A stretch of DNA of 40,275 nucleotides from an uncultured Fidelibacterota bacterium (GTDB taxonomy: Bacteria; Fidelibacterota; Marinisomatia; Marinisomatales; UBA1611), in NCBI GenBank assembly GCA_913040915.1, contig CAJWHW010000018.1, forward strand, positions 1-40,275, read 5' to 3'. Below, piece after piece: positions 10,942-20,600 of this stretch. Both the position numbers and the translations under genes were made by a program. The first letter of the stretch is position 1; every line of letters begins with the position of its first letter. The notes beneath the pieces are model-generated. The model was given only the letters and a program-made list of their open reading frames with translations. It had not been told where the DNA came from and made no database searches.

Positions 10942-12639
10942 CTAATGCAATAAATCATTATTTTCCTTCTTTATAACTAAATATTCCCAATCTTTGATTT
11001 CTACAGTGGCATATTGTGGTATTGCAATGGATTTTCTAAATGCAGTTGGATAAATCCTGACTTCTTTTTTATTGACTAATAAATTTATAGGCATGTCAAA
11101 ACCATTTATCGTACTTGTCCATCTAAAATAAAATTTTCCCTCATTTTGAGAAAATTCTAATGTAGGAACCATTCGATCAAAAAGATATTGTCCAAAGAAT
11201 TTGTTTAGATCTAATCCGGTCTGTTCAGCAAAATAATCTCGGACATCTTCCGTGCAGACTACACTCTTTGCATTATCAATAGCAAATCCCTTTAATGTTG
11301 TGAAGAATAATTCATCATTATCAATTACATTCCGCAAAGTATGAATAACCCAGGATCCTTTATTGTATGCATCACTAAAGCCCCAGTAATTTTGTTCTCT
11401 TGGACCAACGATAGCTTTTTTATTCCCTATGCCTCGCCTTTTCTGGATCAAAAAATCTAAAGATATTTCATAACCTAAAAGGTATTCGACATAAAGAGCT
11501 TCAGTGTAGGTTCCAAATCCTTCATGGATCCATACATCTGCAGGATCACAGGCAGTAATACTATTACCCCACCACTCGTGAGCCGTTTCATGTAAGGTGA
11601 TATAATCAATAAATCCATAGATATTTCTTGATTTGGATTTATCATAAACACGGAAATCGTTTCCATAAGTCACAGCGGATTGATGCTCCATTCCTAAATA
11701 CGGGGCCTGCACAAGTTTATATCCATCATCCCACCATTGGTATGGCCCGAAGTAATACTCCAGGGCTCGTATAATTGTGCGCGCTTCCTTGAAATGTTCT
11801 CGCGCTACTTCTTCATTATAATCTAGGACATAATAGCTAGCATCTTGAATTTTCCCCAATGAATGAATAGTATCCTGTATAATGGCATAATGTCCGATAT
11901 TGACAGAAATATTGTAATTATTAATTGGGTTATTTACAAACCAGCGATATTCATTTTTGCCATTATCAAGTTTTTTTATTTCTTTTAATTGGCCACTGGA
12001 AACACACATCAACTCATTGGAAACGGAAATATTGATTGCCATACTGTCTGGTTCATCAGCAATATGGTCTTTGCATGGCCACCAGTGACTGGCCCCAAGA
12101 CCTTCGCTAGTTACAGCCACAAAATGACGCCCTGCTTTATCTTTTTCCCATACAAATCCATCGTCCCAAGGCGGTCTTGGTGCTTCTCTAGGAGTGCCAC
12201 TGTAATGGACTGTGAAATAAAACTCACTGCCTGCAGATATAGCAGGGAATTGGATAAAAACTGCGTCTTCGTTACGAGAGAATTCCAAATTTGAATTAGA
12301 ATAAACAATTTTTTCAATATTCATCTGATTACGAAGATCGACTTGAAGAGTTTGAAAATCATTTACGGCAATAGAAGTGATTGTATTATATCCACTTATA
12401 AACCTGCGATCTACGTCAATATCCAAATTCAAATCATAAAATTTTACGTCATAGCAAGTGCGTTCAGGAGATAATTGTCCCATTAATTGATTACGTATAG
12501 TTAATTCGGGATATTGATCAGAATCGTTTGGATTACTCAATGAAGTACTTGTATACCGGTTAACATCTTTCATCGCATTGAAAGTTATACAATTGAATGT
12601 TAACAGTGAGATAGGTAGTATGAACAATAATTTTAACAT
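10942..12639 (-). CDS. M1 family metalloaminopeptidase, exported (possible lipoprotein)
   Basis: GMEH exopeptidase motif, HETAHEWWG-x-EGF zinc motif, YNKG; signal ending LLTFNC. Confidence 0.92.
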   Translation of the reverse strand: MLKLLFILPISLLTFNCITFNAMKDVNRYTSTSLSNPNDSDQYPELTIRNQLMGQLSPERTCYDVKFYDLNLDIDVDRRFISGYNTITSIAVNDFQTLQVDLRNQMNIEKIVYSNSNLEFSRNEDAVFIQFPAISAGSEFYFTVHYSGTPREAPRPPWDDGFVWEKDKAGRHFVAVTSEGLGASHWWPCKDHIADEPDSMAINISVSNELMCVSSGQLKEIKKLDNGKNEYRWFVNNPINNYNISVNIGHYAIIQDTIHSLGKIQDASYYVLDYNEEVAREHFKEARTIIRALEYYFGPYQWWDDGYKLVQAPYLGMEHQSAVTYGNDFRVYDKSKSRNIYGFIDYITLHETAHEWWGNSITACDPADVWIHEGFGTYTEALYVEYLLGYEISLDFLIQKRRGIGNKKAIVGPREQNYWGFSDAYNKGSWVIHTLRNVIDNDELFFTTLKGFAIDNAKSVVCTEDVRDYFAEQTGLDLNKFFGQYLFDRMVPTLEFSQNEGKFYFRWTSTINGFDMPINLLVNKKEVRIYPTAFRKSIAIPQYATVEIKDWEYLVIKKENNDLLH

Positions 12640-12663
12640 GAAAAATTAAAACTGAGGATGAAG

Positions 12664-12736
<73 letters not shown>

Positions 12737-12799
12737 ATAATGATTTAGAAATTACAATACAGAGATCAGGAATAGTGAACAAAATTATTTGGATAGGTA

Positions 12800-14137
12800 C
12801 TAATAGCCATGGATAACTGGGTTTTTCAATGGCCCATCTAACTTTAATATAATTGTCGCTCCCTTCCTATTTAGTGTTTTTCCTTGTCCTTTTTCCCAAT
12901 TGCGTATCCATTTTCTCACACCCAAAGAAATTGGATGGATTTTTACTACCATTTTATGGAGAAGAATTTCTGGGTGTATTTTATCCTGCCTAAGAGAGTA
13001 ATCTCCATCAATATTTATTTTTAGGAATGGTGTTGCTAGTACAAATTTTATATCACCTGTATATTCATTCATTAGATTGATTGATAATTCTATCAATCTA
13101 ACTTTAAGCTCATTATTCCAAATTCCCAATGTTTCCAGCATAGATTGGATTTCTGGCTCATCCTTTAAACCATCGGGTATCTTGATTTCAAAATTCCTGA
13201 TTGTAAATTTTCCTTCACCGTGTTTGACTTTTGGTAGTGAAGATAAGTTTCCTAAAAATGCAACTTTCCTTACTTCCAGAACCAGATTAGCTAAATTTAT
13301 TCTGGTGTGATTATTCAAGTCATTTTCAGGATTTGCAGTAACAGAAATATTTTCAATTTTAAATTGACCTTGGTCCAAAATAAAATCAAAATTAGTCTTA
13401 TCAGGGTATTTGATTATTTCAATTTTAGATGAATATATTTGAGAAATTTCTCGAATATTTAAAGCATAATCCCAGAATGTTTCCGGAATATTATAGAGTG
13501 AATCATGTGCAGATTCCAATTGGAAGGTTCTGCTATGCCAATCAAATACGATTGGTTGAGTCTTAGGAATAGGATTGATATGAGTAGGATGGGCAATAAT
13601 CTGTCTAGGAAGTAATAGAGAATAAGTCCAGGTCTGATTTTTAAATGGCTCTCTATCTAAGTCTAAATAATTTTTAATATATAGATCATTTAATGAATTT
13701 GGATATTTTGTCATGTCCAACTTATAAATATCTACAGCATCAGCAATTAGATTGATAGTTTTTTTGGGAATAGATAATCTTTTTTCCAATCGTTTAATTT
13801 TTTCAGTAGTGACCCAGTCTTTTATAAAGACTCTTCCACCAAGTTTGAATCCATTTAAATTCAAATTAGGTCCTGATATTTTTGTAGAAATTAGTTGAGC
13901 TTTGCTATTCTGTCTTTGGTCTATGAATATATCGGAGAATCCAAAATTAAACTCATCTATCTCTATATAATATTTCGTTCCATTTTTTTCATCTACTGGA
14001 CTAAAGTCAAATTGAAGATTTTTTAGGAAAATACCTGTATTCGCAAGAGAGCCAGTTATTTGCCCATCTAAAAAGTTTATAAAAAGAATTAAAAGACTCA
14101 GATAGTAAATCAATAGATTTATTATAGTTTTTTTCAT
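12800..14137 (-). CDS. Exported hypothetical protein, beta-rich, with pilin-head-like internal segment and AsmA/GspN-like C-terminus
   Basis: 445-aa ORF with N-terminal hydrophobic signal, internal IADAVDIYKLDMTKYPNSLNDL and terminal LKLDGPLKNPVI. The CDS is clear; the family assignment is by eye only. Confidence 0.6.
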   Translation of the reverse strand: MKKTIINLLIYYLSLLILFINFLDGQITGSLANTGIFLKNLQFDFSPVDEKNGTKYYIEIDEFNFGFSDIFIDQRQNSKAQLISTKISGPNLNLNGFKLGGRVFIKDWVTTEKIKRLEKRLSIPKKTINLIADAVDIYKLDMTKYPNSLNDLYIKNYLDLDREPFKNQTWTYSLLLPRQIIAHPTHINPIPKTQPIVFDWHSRTFQLESAHDSLYNIPETFWDYALNIREISQIYSSKIEIIKYPDKTNFDFILDQGQFKIENISVTANPENDLNNHTRINLANLVLEVRKVAFLGNLSSLPKVKHGEGKFTIRNFEIKIPDGLKDEPEIQSMLETLGIWNNELKVRLIELSINLMNEYTGDIKFVLATPFLKINIDGDYSLRQDKIHPEILLHKMVVKIHPISLGVRKWIRNWEKGQGKTLNRKGATIILKLDGPLKNPVIHGY

Positions 14138-14246
14138 AGAAGACTTGATATTGATGAATTGATTCTATTTATTCTGTTTAAAAAATTAGTAGTTTTTGTG
14201 GTAGAAATTGGGAACAAAATTTCCCATAAATTGTTTTGAAACAACA

Positions 14247-14573
14247 ATGACAAAAAACTCAAAAATTGTTTACTCCACAGATACTTCTCAATCAATTGAT
14301 GAAAAGAAACCAAAATATAATTCTATTGATATTGCAGTTCAGAAAGTTAGAATACATTTAGATCGAAAGGGCGGTGGAAGAATCATTTCTGTTGTAAAGG
14401 GTTTAAATGAGTTGGACACTACATTGCTTACCATAGCCAAAGAATTAAAAAAAAGTTGTGGAGTAGGAGGCTCTGTCAAGAATGGTGATATTCTGATACA
14501 GGGGAATCACAGGGGAAAAATACAAAAAATATTAGTACAAAAAGGCTACAACGTCAAATTAAGTGGCGGATAA
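14247..14573 (+). CDS. yciH: Translation initiation factor SUI1/YciH family
   Basis: IVYSTD, ELKKSCGVGGSVK, IQGNHR and terminal KLSGG. The in-frame ATG at 14247 is preferred over TTG 14208. Confidence 0.92.
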   Translation: MTKNSKIVYSTDTSQSIDEKKPKYNSIDIAVQKVRIHLDRKGGGRIISVVKGLNELDTTLLTIAKELKKSCGVGGSVKNGDILIQGNHRGKIQKILVQKGYNVKLSGG

Positions 14574-14576
14574 AAA

Positions 14577-15770
14577 ATGAAATTAACAATAAAGTATTTT
14601 CTAACTGCTTTGATAGCTTCAATGCTATTCTGGTCTTGCTCTGAAGCATCAGGTCATGGATCAGTTACTATGGTACTTTCCGGTAGTGTTCATGGGCAGT
14701 TAGACCCCTGTGGCTGAAAGAAAAATCCACTGGGCGGTCTGTCCAGACGATATGTAAAAATCAATGAAATGAGGGATGAAGGAATTGACCCGCTGATTCT
14801 TGATGCTGGAGATCTATTTTTCAGTACATCTAAATTGAATCCAACAAATATAAAATCTGAGGAGTATCGTGCCGGAGCTATATTAGAAGGATATAGCCGA
14901 ATTGGTTGTGATGCTATCAATGTTGGTCATTACGAAGTTCTGAATGGGTTATCTTTTTTAAAGCAGATGGAAACAGAAAATGATATTCCGTTTTTATCCG
15001 CAAACTTAAGAGACCCGGTGACAAAATCACTATTATTTCAACCTTATCGGATTGTTGAAAAAGGGGCATTAAAAGTTGGCATCATTGGAGTGTCAGATAA
15101 GTTACCAGATACTACTGAATCCATTATTGCTGACGATTATATTGAAGCAGGCAATAGTTATATTGATGAAGTCTCTAAAGAAGCAGATTTAGTTGTGATT
15201 CTTGTTAATAGTGATCGTAAAACTTATAGTCAGTTGCCTGAAAAATTTGCAAATGCAGATTTTATTGTTACTAGTGGAAGTACAAATATGACAAGGCCAA
15301 ATACACCGCAGAAAAAAGGTGGACCTTATATTTATTCCTGCGGTAAACAAGGGAAATATCTATCTGTATTAACTATCAATCTATCTGATCAAATGGAACC
15401 AATTATAGATGTTTCTTCTCATGAAAAAAATATCAAATCGATTCAGAGAAGATTTAAAAAGTTGCAAAAGAAAGACCCGAAAAAACCATTAGAAGAGTTA
15501 TATGCCAATCAGAAGAATGTATTAAAACTTATTGAACAGTACAGACAGGACCTAAAGGAATCAGAAGATGTAATACAATCTGCTATTAATACCGTGGAGT
15601 TTCAAACCGTTGCATTGAATAAAAAAATTCAAGATAATCCAGAAATCTTAGCTTTTGTAGATGAATCACTTGCTACCTGTTCATCCTTAAAACCAAAAGA
15701 AGCAAAGACTAATGAAAAATCAAAAAGTAAACCAAAATATAAAGGGAATCATGTTGGGCATGATCACTAG
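14577..15770 (+). CDS. UshA-like (5'-nucleotidase N-domain fold) lipoprotein, probable selenoprotein (Sec47, CxU), 397 aa
   Basis: ATG 14577 is in frame with the track ORF 14769 and reads MKLTIKYFLTALIASMLFWSC...SGSVHGQLDPCG-UGA-KKNPLGGLSRR...LDAGD. There is a single in-frame TGA at 14715-14717 with a hairpin directly downstream. Confidence 0.9.
14715..14746 (+). promoter_or_regulatory. UGA codon plus bacterial SECIS-like element
   Basis: CTGGGC (14730-35) pairs with GTCCAG (14741-46) around loop GGTCT. GGUCUG is at +19..+24 after UGA, the same register as I recall for the E. coli fdhF SECIS. Confidence 0.85.
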
Positions 15771-15794
15771 GCCCTTTTCACTCTTATCCCAAAA

Positions 15795-16280
15795 TTGAAT
15801 TATAAAAAGCAACTCTCTTTCTATATTATTGGTGCAATTATTGCAGGATTCATATCAAATTTAGGTAGAGATGAATCCATCCCCTGGATTGCGGAACCAC
15901 TTAAAGTTGTAACAGAAGTAGATGATGCATTATTAATTCTTTCTGACCATCAGGTAAGAGAAATTGATTTTAATGCTGCACAATCCTTGCATAAAAAGGG
16001 AATGCTTTTTGTTGATGCAAGATCAGAAGAATATTTATCAGAAGGTATGATCCCTGGTGCTATAGCAAATGATGATATTGAATTATTGATTGAACAAATT
16101 GAGTATCTTCTTGGAGGGGTTGATAAAGGATTTGTGATATATTGCAGTGATGATGAATGCGGTTCTAGTGAAGATTTGGCATATGAATTACAGGATTTTG
16201 GTTTTATGAATATTTTTGTTTTTAAGGGTGGCTGGAAATCATGGACTGATGCTGGCTTGGATATTGAATTTCATGACTAA
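15795..16280 (+). CDS. Membrane-anchored single-domain rhodanese-like protein
   Basis: N-terminal TM, FVDARS, GMIPGAI, active-site loop IYCSDDECGSS and FKGGWKSW; TTG start. Confidence 0.9.
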   Translation: MNYKKQLSFYIIGAIIAGFISNLGRDESIPWIAEPLKVVTEVDDALLILSDHQVREIDFNAAQSLHKKGMLFVDARSEEYLSEGMIPGAIANDDIELLIEQIEYLLGGVDKGFVIYCSDDECGSSEDLAYELQDFGFMNIFVFKGGWKSWTDAGLDIEFHD

Positions 16281-16722
16281 AGTACATCCCTACATTGTTG
16301 TATTGATTAGATGTATTCTGGGTATAGTTTTTGTATATGCAAGCTATCAGAAAATACTAGATCCAGCAAAATTTGCCCGGGACATTTCTAACTACCATAT
16401 TGTACCCTTTGGTCTAGAAAATATTGTTGCATTGATTATTCCTTGGTTAGAACTATTGATAGGTATAGGTTTGATTGCAGGAATTATGGTTGATGGTGCA
16501 AGCTTAATCAGTGGTGGGTTGTTTGTATTGTTTATAATTTTAATCAGCCAAGCTATCATAAGAGGTTATAACATTGAATGTGGGTGCGGACTAAAGGAAG
16601 GAGAAATGGTTGGATGGATAAAAGTAATAGAAAATTTATTTTATTTGGCAGCATCTTACTTGGTCTGGAAAAGAGACAAAACAGAATTAGAATTTTTCCC
16701 AAAAACGACATTGTCAGAATAA
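16273..16722 (+). CDS. DoxX/MauE family membrane protein
   Basis: RCILGIVFVYAS...KILDPAKF, PWLELLIG and RGYNIECGCG motifs. ATG 16273 overlaps the rhodanese end and is preferred over 16216. Confidence 0.9.
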   Translation: MTKVHPYIVVLIRCILGIVFVYASYQKILDPAKFARDISNYHIVPFGLENIVALIIPWLELLIGIGLIAGIMVDGASLISGGLFVLFIILISQAIIRGYNIECGCGLKEGEMVGWIKVIENLFYLAASYLVWKRDKTELEFFPKTTLSE

Positions 16723-16771
16723 TAGACGGAAAGTAATTTTCGCTACTTTATATTCAAACAATCTATTAATT

Positions 16772-16844
16772 GCGAGAGTAGCTCAGCTGGTAGAGCATCA
16801 CGTTGCCAACGTGAGGGTCGCGAGTTCGAATCTCGTCTCTCGCT
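16772..16844 (+). tRNA. tRNA-Gly(GCC)
   Basis: GCGAGAGTAGCTCAG...TCACG-TTGCCAA-CGTGA...GTTCGAATC...CTCTCGCT cloverleaf; CCA not encoded. Confidence 0.97.
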
Positions 16845-16850
16845 CTTTTA

Positions 16851-16876
16851 AAAAGCCCGTTTAATCGCGGGTTTTT
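16851..16876 (+). terminator. Intrinsic terminator after tRNA-Gly
   Basis: AAAAGCCCG...CGGGTTTTT hairpin with T tract. Confidence 0.8.
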
Positions 16877-16937
16877 GTTATTTTAACTAATTTAAACCAT
16901 TGCTTTGTTTATTTAATTATTTCTTATAATCTTAATC

Positions 16938-17684
16938 ATGAAACAAAAATTTATTTTAGTTTTTATATTTATGGTCTTAGGATGTGATGTAGATGAAGAA
17001 CCCCCCAAATTTCCATCAAACTTGCGTGGAGTTTTCACATTATCCGAAGGTACTCCAAAAGTAAAAATTAGCTGGGAAAAGTCTACATCTGTTGATGTCA
17101 GTGAATACCATATTTTTAAAGCAAGCGGATTAGAAGGAGCCTTCGATTCATTGACAAATTTGGCTTCAATAAATACAATTTATATTGATACAAATATCAC
17201 TTGGCAGGAACATTTTGGGTATAAGATCAGAGCAAAAGATCAATCAAAAAACATTGGTGGATTTTCTGATTCTGTATTTATAGAATGTTACAAACCCGTG
17301 GGCGAGTGGAATTTTTCTGAATTTGATTCTTTATCGATTTGTATAGATCCTATAACATTTAATACACCTCCATCTTTTCAAATAAAATTTGGAGATACAT
17401 TAACTGCTTTAGGTGACACGATTGGGAGAATGAACTTTTCAGAAAGCATTTTAGATTCAACTGAGTGGATTGGTAACGGCTGGATGGTCTATAATTATTC
17501 GACCCTTGAATTAAATGAGAATCAAGAATATGAAATCGTCACAGAAAATAAATTACCGGAATATTACCAAATTGAGTTATTAAATCCCGATTCTGGGAGA
17601 ATTTTCTTTTTATCAGGTTCCTATGAGTCAATTTACCTGAATCAATCCGTTAAGGATTGTGAAGGGAACTTATACTTTCCTTAA
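16938..17684 (+). CDS. Lipoprotein with N-terminal FN3-like domain
   Basis: Lipobox VLGC; PPKFPSNL...ISWEKS...YHIFK...YKIRAKDQSKN FN3 pattern. Stop overlaps the convergent gene's stop (TTAA). Confidence 0.8.
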   Translation: MKQKFILVFIFMVLGCDVDEEPPKFPSNLRGVFTLSEGTPKVKISWEKSTSVDVSEYHIFKASGLEGAFDSLTNLASINTIYIDTNITWQEHFGYKIRAKDQSKNIGGFSDSVFIECYKPVGEWNFSEFDSLSICIDPITFNTPPSFQIKFGDTLTALGDTIGRMNFSESILDSTEWIGNGWMVYNYSTLELNENQEYEIVTENKLPEYYQIELLNPDSGRIFFLSGSYESIYLNQSVKDCEGNLYFP

Positions 17685-20600
17685 GATCCTGAACCGCATT
17701 CTTCATTAGATGTTTCACTCTCTGTTCCGTAGGAATTAACGGCAGAAACACTAAAACAAGTTGTCTCACCTGTTCCAATATCAACTTCATAACTTAGAGC
17801 AGATACTTCTACAAAAAAGCTATCCCCTTGATAAACCTTATAAGATTCAGCAGAAATAACTGAACCCCAATTAAGTATCGCCGTTGAATCACTTATTGTT
17901 AATGAAAGGACAGGTGGGGTAAAGTTCCCAGTTCCACATTCTACATTAGAAAAATCACTTTCAGATCCATAGTCATTAATAGCAGTTACAGTAAAGCATG
18001 CTTCGGTATCATGAAATAATTCAGTTTCATAATTAGTATTTATCACTTCTTGTATGAAAGAACTATTATTGTAAATACGATAAGCTGAAGCAGATGGCAC
18101 AGAAGACCAACTCAAACTTGCATCTGTACCTGAAACACTAATTGAAATGACGGGCACAGTTAACTCTACTGGCATTGTTACACTCAATGGATCAGATTCT
18201 TCGCCTGCAGTCCCTTCAAAATCAACTGCACTAACAGTATAATTAAAAGTTGTATTATATGCCAATCCATAATCTGTTAAGGTTAATAATGTACCAGACC
18301 ATATTTCAATATCATCCTTATTTATAATATATCCCGAAGCGTTATCTACTGCAGACCAAGCTAAAGTAACATTGGTATCATTAATAGTTGCATTAAATGA
18401 AACAGGTGCAGCTAGTATAGGGACACCGCATTCCTGATTGGATGGCTCACTTTCAGAGCCATACTCATTAATTGCTGTGACAAAAAAGCAGGTAGCGGTG
18501 CCACCATCCAATTCAACGTCATAATTGATATCACTAACTTCAGCGATATGTGAATTATTTTTATAAATACGGTAGGCGGAAGCAGAAGAAACAGAAGTCC
18601 ATGCTAAGGTTCCAATGGATAGGCTTATTGTGATGGATAAATCCGGTGGTAATAATTCTTCATGAGTAGTGACAATTAGAGGGTCTGACTCTGTGCCAAT
18701 TGTACCAAAAGAATCAAAAGCAGTGATGGTATATAAATAGGTTGTACTGTGTGAAAGATCTGTATCAGTAAATGTTAATTCTGTTCCATTCCAGATCTCA
18801 ATATCATTTCGTTTAATTATATAACCATCTGAATATTCTAAACCATCCCAGATTAAATTAACTGTGTCTTCAAATACGGTGGCACTAAAGGAACTAGGTG
18901 CTGGTAATAATGGAATACCGCATAACTCATCTGATATTGGTCCTTCAATTCCAACACTATTGACAGCTGCAACTTTGTAACAATATTCAATGCCGCCTGT
19001 AATAGAATCATTTACGAATTGGTTAGAAGTTTCTACCAAAAATAAATCATCACGGTAAACTTTAAATGAAACGGCATCGTATGGTGCATCCCAGCTGAGA
19101 GAGACTGTTTCTTCTAAGACTGCCAAGTTTACGTTTTCAATTTCTCCTTCATATTCATTTTGAACCGTCACAGCTACAGGTTGGACTGTTGTTGCATTTC
19201 CTGAAAGATCACTGGCTATCAATTGAATCACGTATTCGCTACCATTTGCCAGACCATATGTACCCCATAGGTGTGTGTAGGGAGAGTCAGTTATGGTAGC
19301 CACCAATTCTTCACCGATTAAAATTTGAACATGTTGGATTCCAATATTATCTGTCGCAAAAGCAGAAATAAATACTGAGTCGCTAACAGTTTGACCTGAA
19401 ACTGGTGTCAGAATTGCTGCTACAGGTGGTGTCGTGTCATCATCAGGTGTTACCACATTATTAACCAATACCGATATAGGCGGAATATCAGTTTCATTAC
19501 CACCTAAATCTTTGATGATCGCTCCCAATACATGTTCACCGTCTTCTTCACCTGTTTCTGTGTCCCAGGAAAAACTAAACGGCTCAGCTGTGTCAAATCC
19601 AATGGAACTACCTTCAACAAAGAACTCTACTTGTTCAATGCCAATATTATCAGAAGCAGATACTTGAATTTCAATGACTCCACTAACTGTTTGACCGGCG
19701 TAAGGAAAGAGAAAAAAACCTGTTGGATAAATATTATCATCATTATCAACAAAGACAGCAATGGGTTGGGTTTGGGAATGATTCTCACTGGTATCAAATG
19801 CTTTAACATACCATGTATGCTCTGAATCATCATCCACAGATGTGGAATTCCATTCGTAAGTATAGGGAAATGTGCTTATGGTAGTTTCAAGTTCATAATT
19901 ACGATAAAATTCAACACGATTAACACCAACATTGTCAAATACAATAGCTGTTATATTTACAGTACCGGAAACAGTTTGATTTGCTGCAGGCTCATATAAT
20001 ATTACATTGGGTGCTATGATATCTTGTTCTTCTATATTGTTAACAAAAACAGTGACCGGGAAAAGTGCAGTAGAATTCCCTGCAGCATCGATTATATTTA
20101 CATTTATTGTATGATCTACATCTTCTGTAACTTCCGTTGTATTCCAACTATAGGAGTAAGGCTCTGAATCATCCTGGGCGACAGCAGACCCGTCTATAAT
20201 AAAATCTACAAAACCCATTTCAACATCATCATAGGCTGTAACTTCAATATCAATCGTTCCAGAAACAGTAGAACCAGAAGCAGGATTAGTAATATTACCA
20301 GTTGGAGCAATGTTGTCATCTGCTTCATAATTATCAATTAGAATTGAAATGGGTCCCAGTGTTGTTTGATTTCCTGCGGCATCTATTACATGAGCATGTA
20401 TGACATAGGTAATATCGTCAATTTCTTCTTCTGTATTCCACTTATATGTATAAGGAGATTCAGTTAATATGGCTACTGTGTCACCTTCAATGTAAATATT
20501 AACAAATGAAACTTCTTCATTATCTTGTGCTTCCACAATAATAGTAATTTCACCGGAAAGAGTTTGTCCTGTGAAAGGGTAGATTAATGAACCGGTTGGC

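Noticed and set aside
14577..14717. Reading the upstream part as a separate 46-aa ORF or as a nonsense pseudogene
   Set aside because: Signal peptide and fold motifs continue in frame across the TGA, which sits in a CxU context with a correctly spaced hairpin. Recoding explains this better.
14715..14717. Genome-wide UGA=Trp/Gly reassignment
   Set aside because: Several conserved genes end at TGA with start-stop overlaps, and Trp is encoded by TGG throughout.
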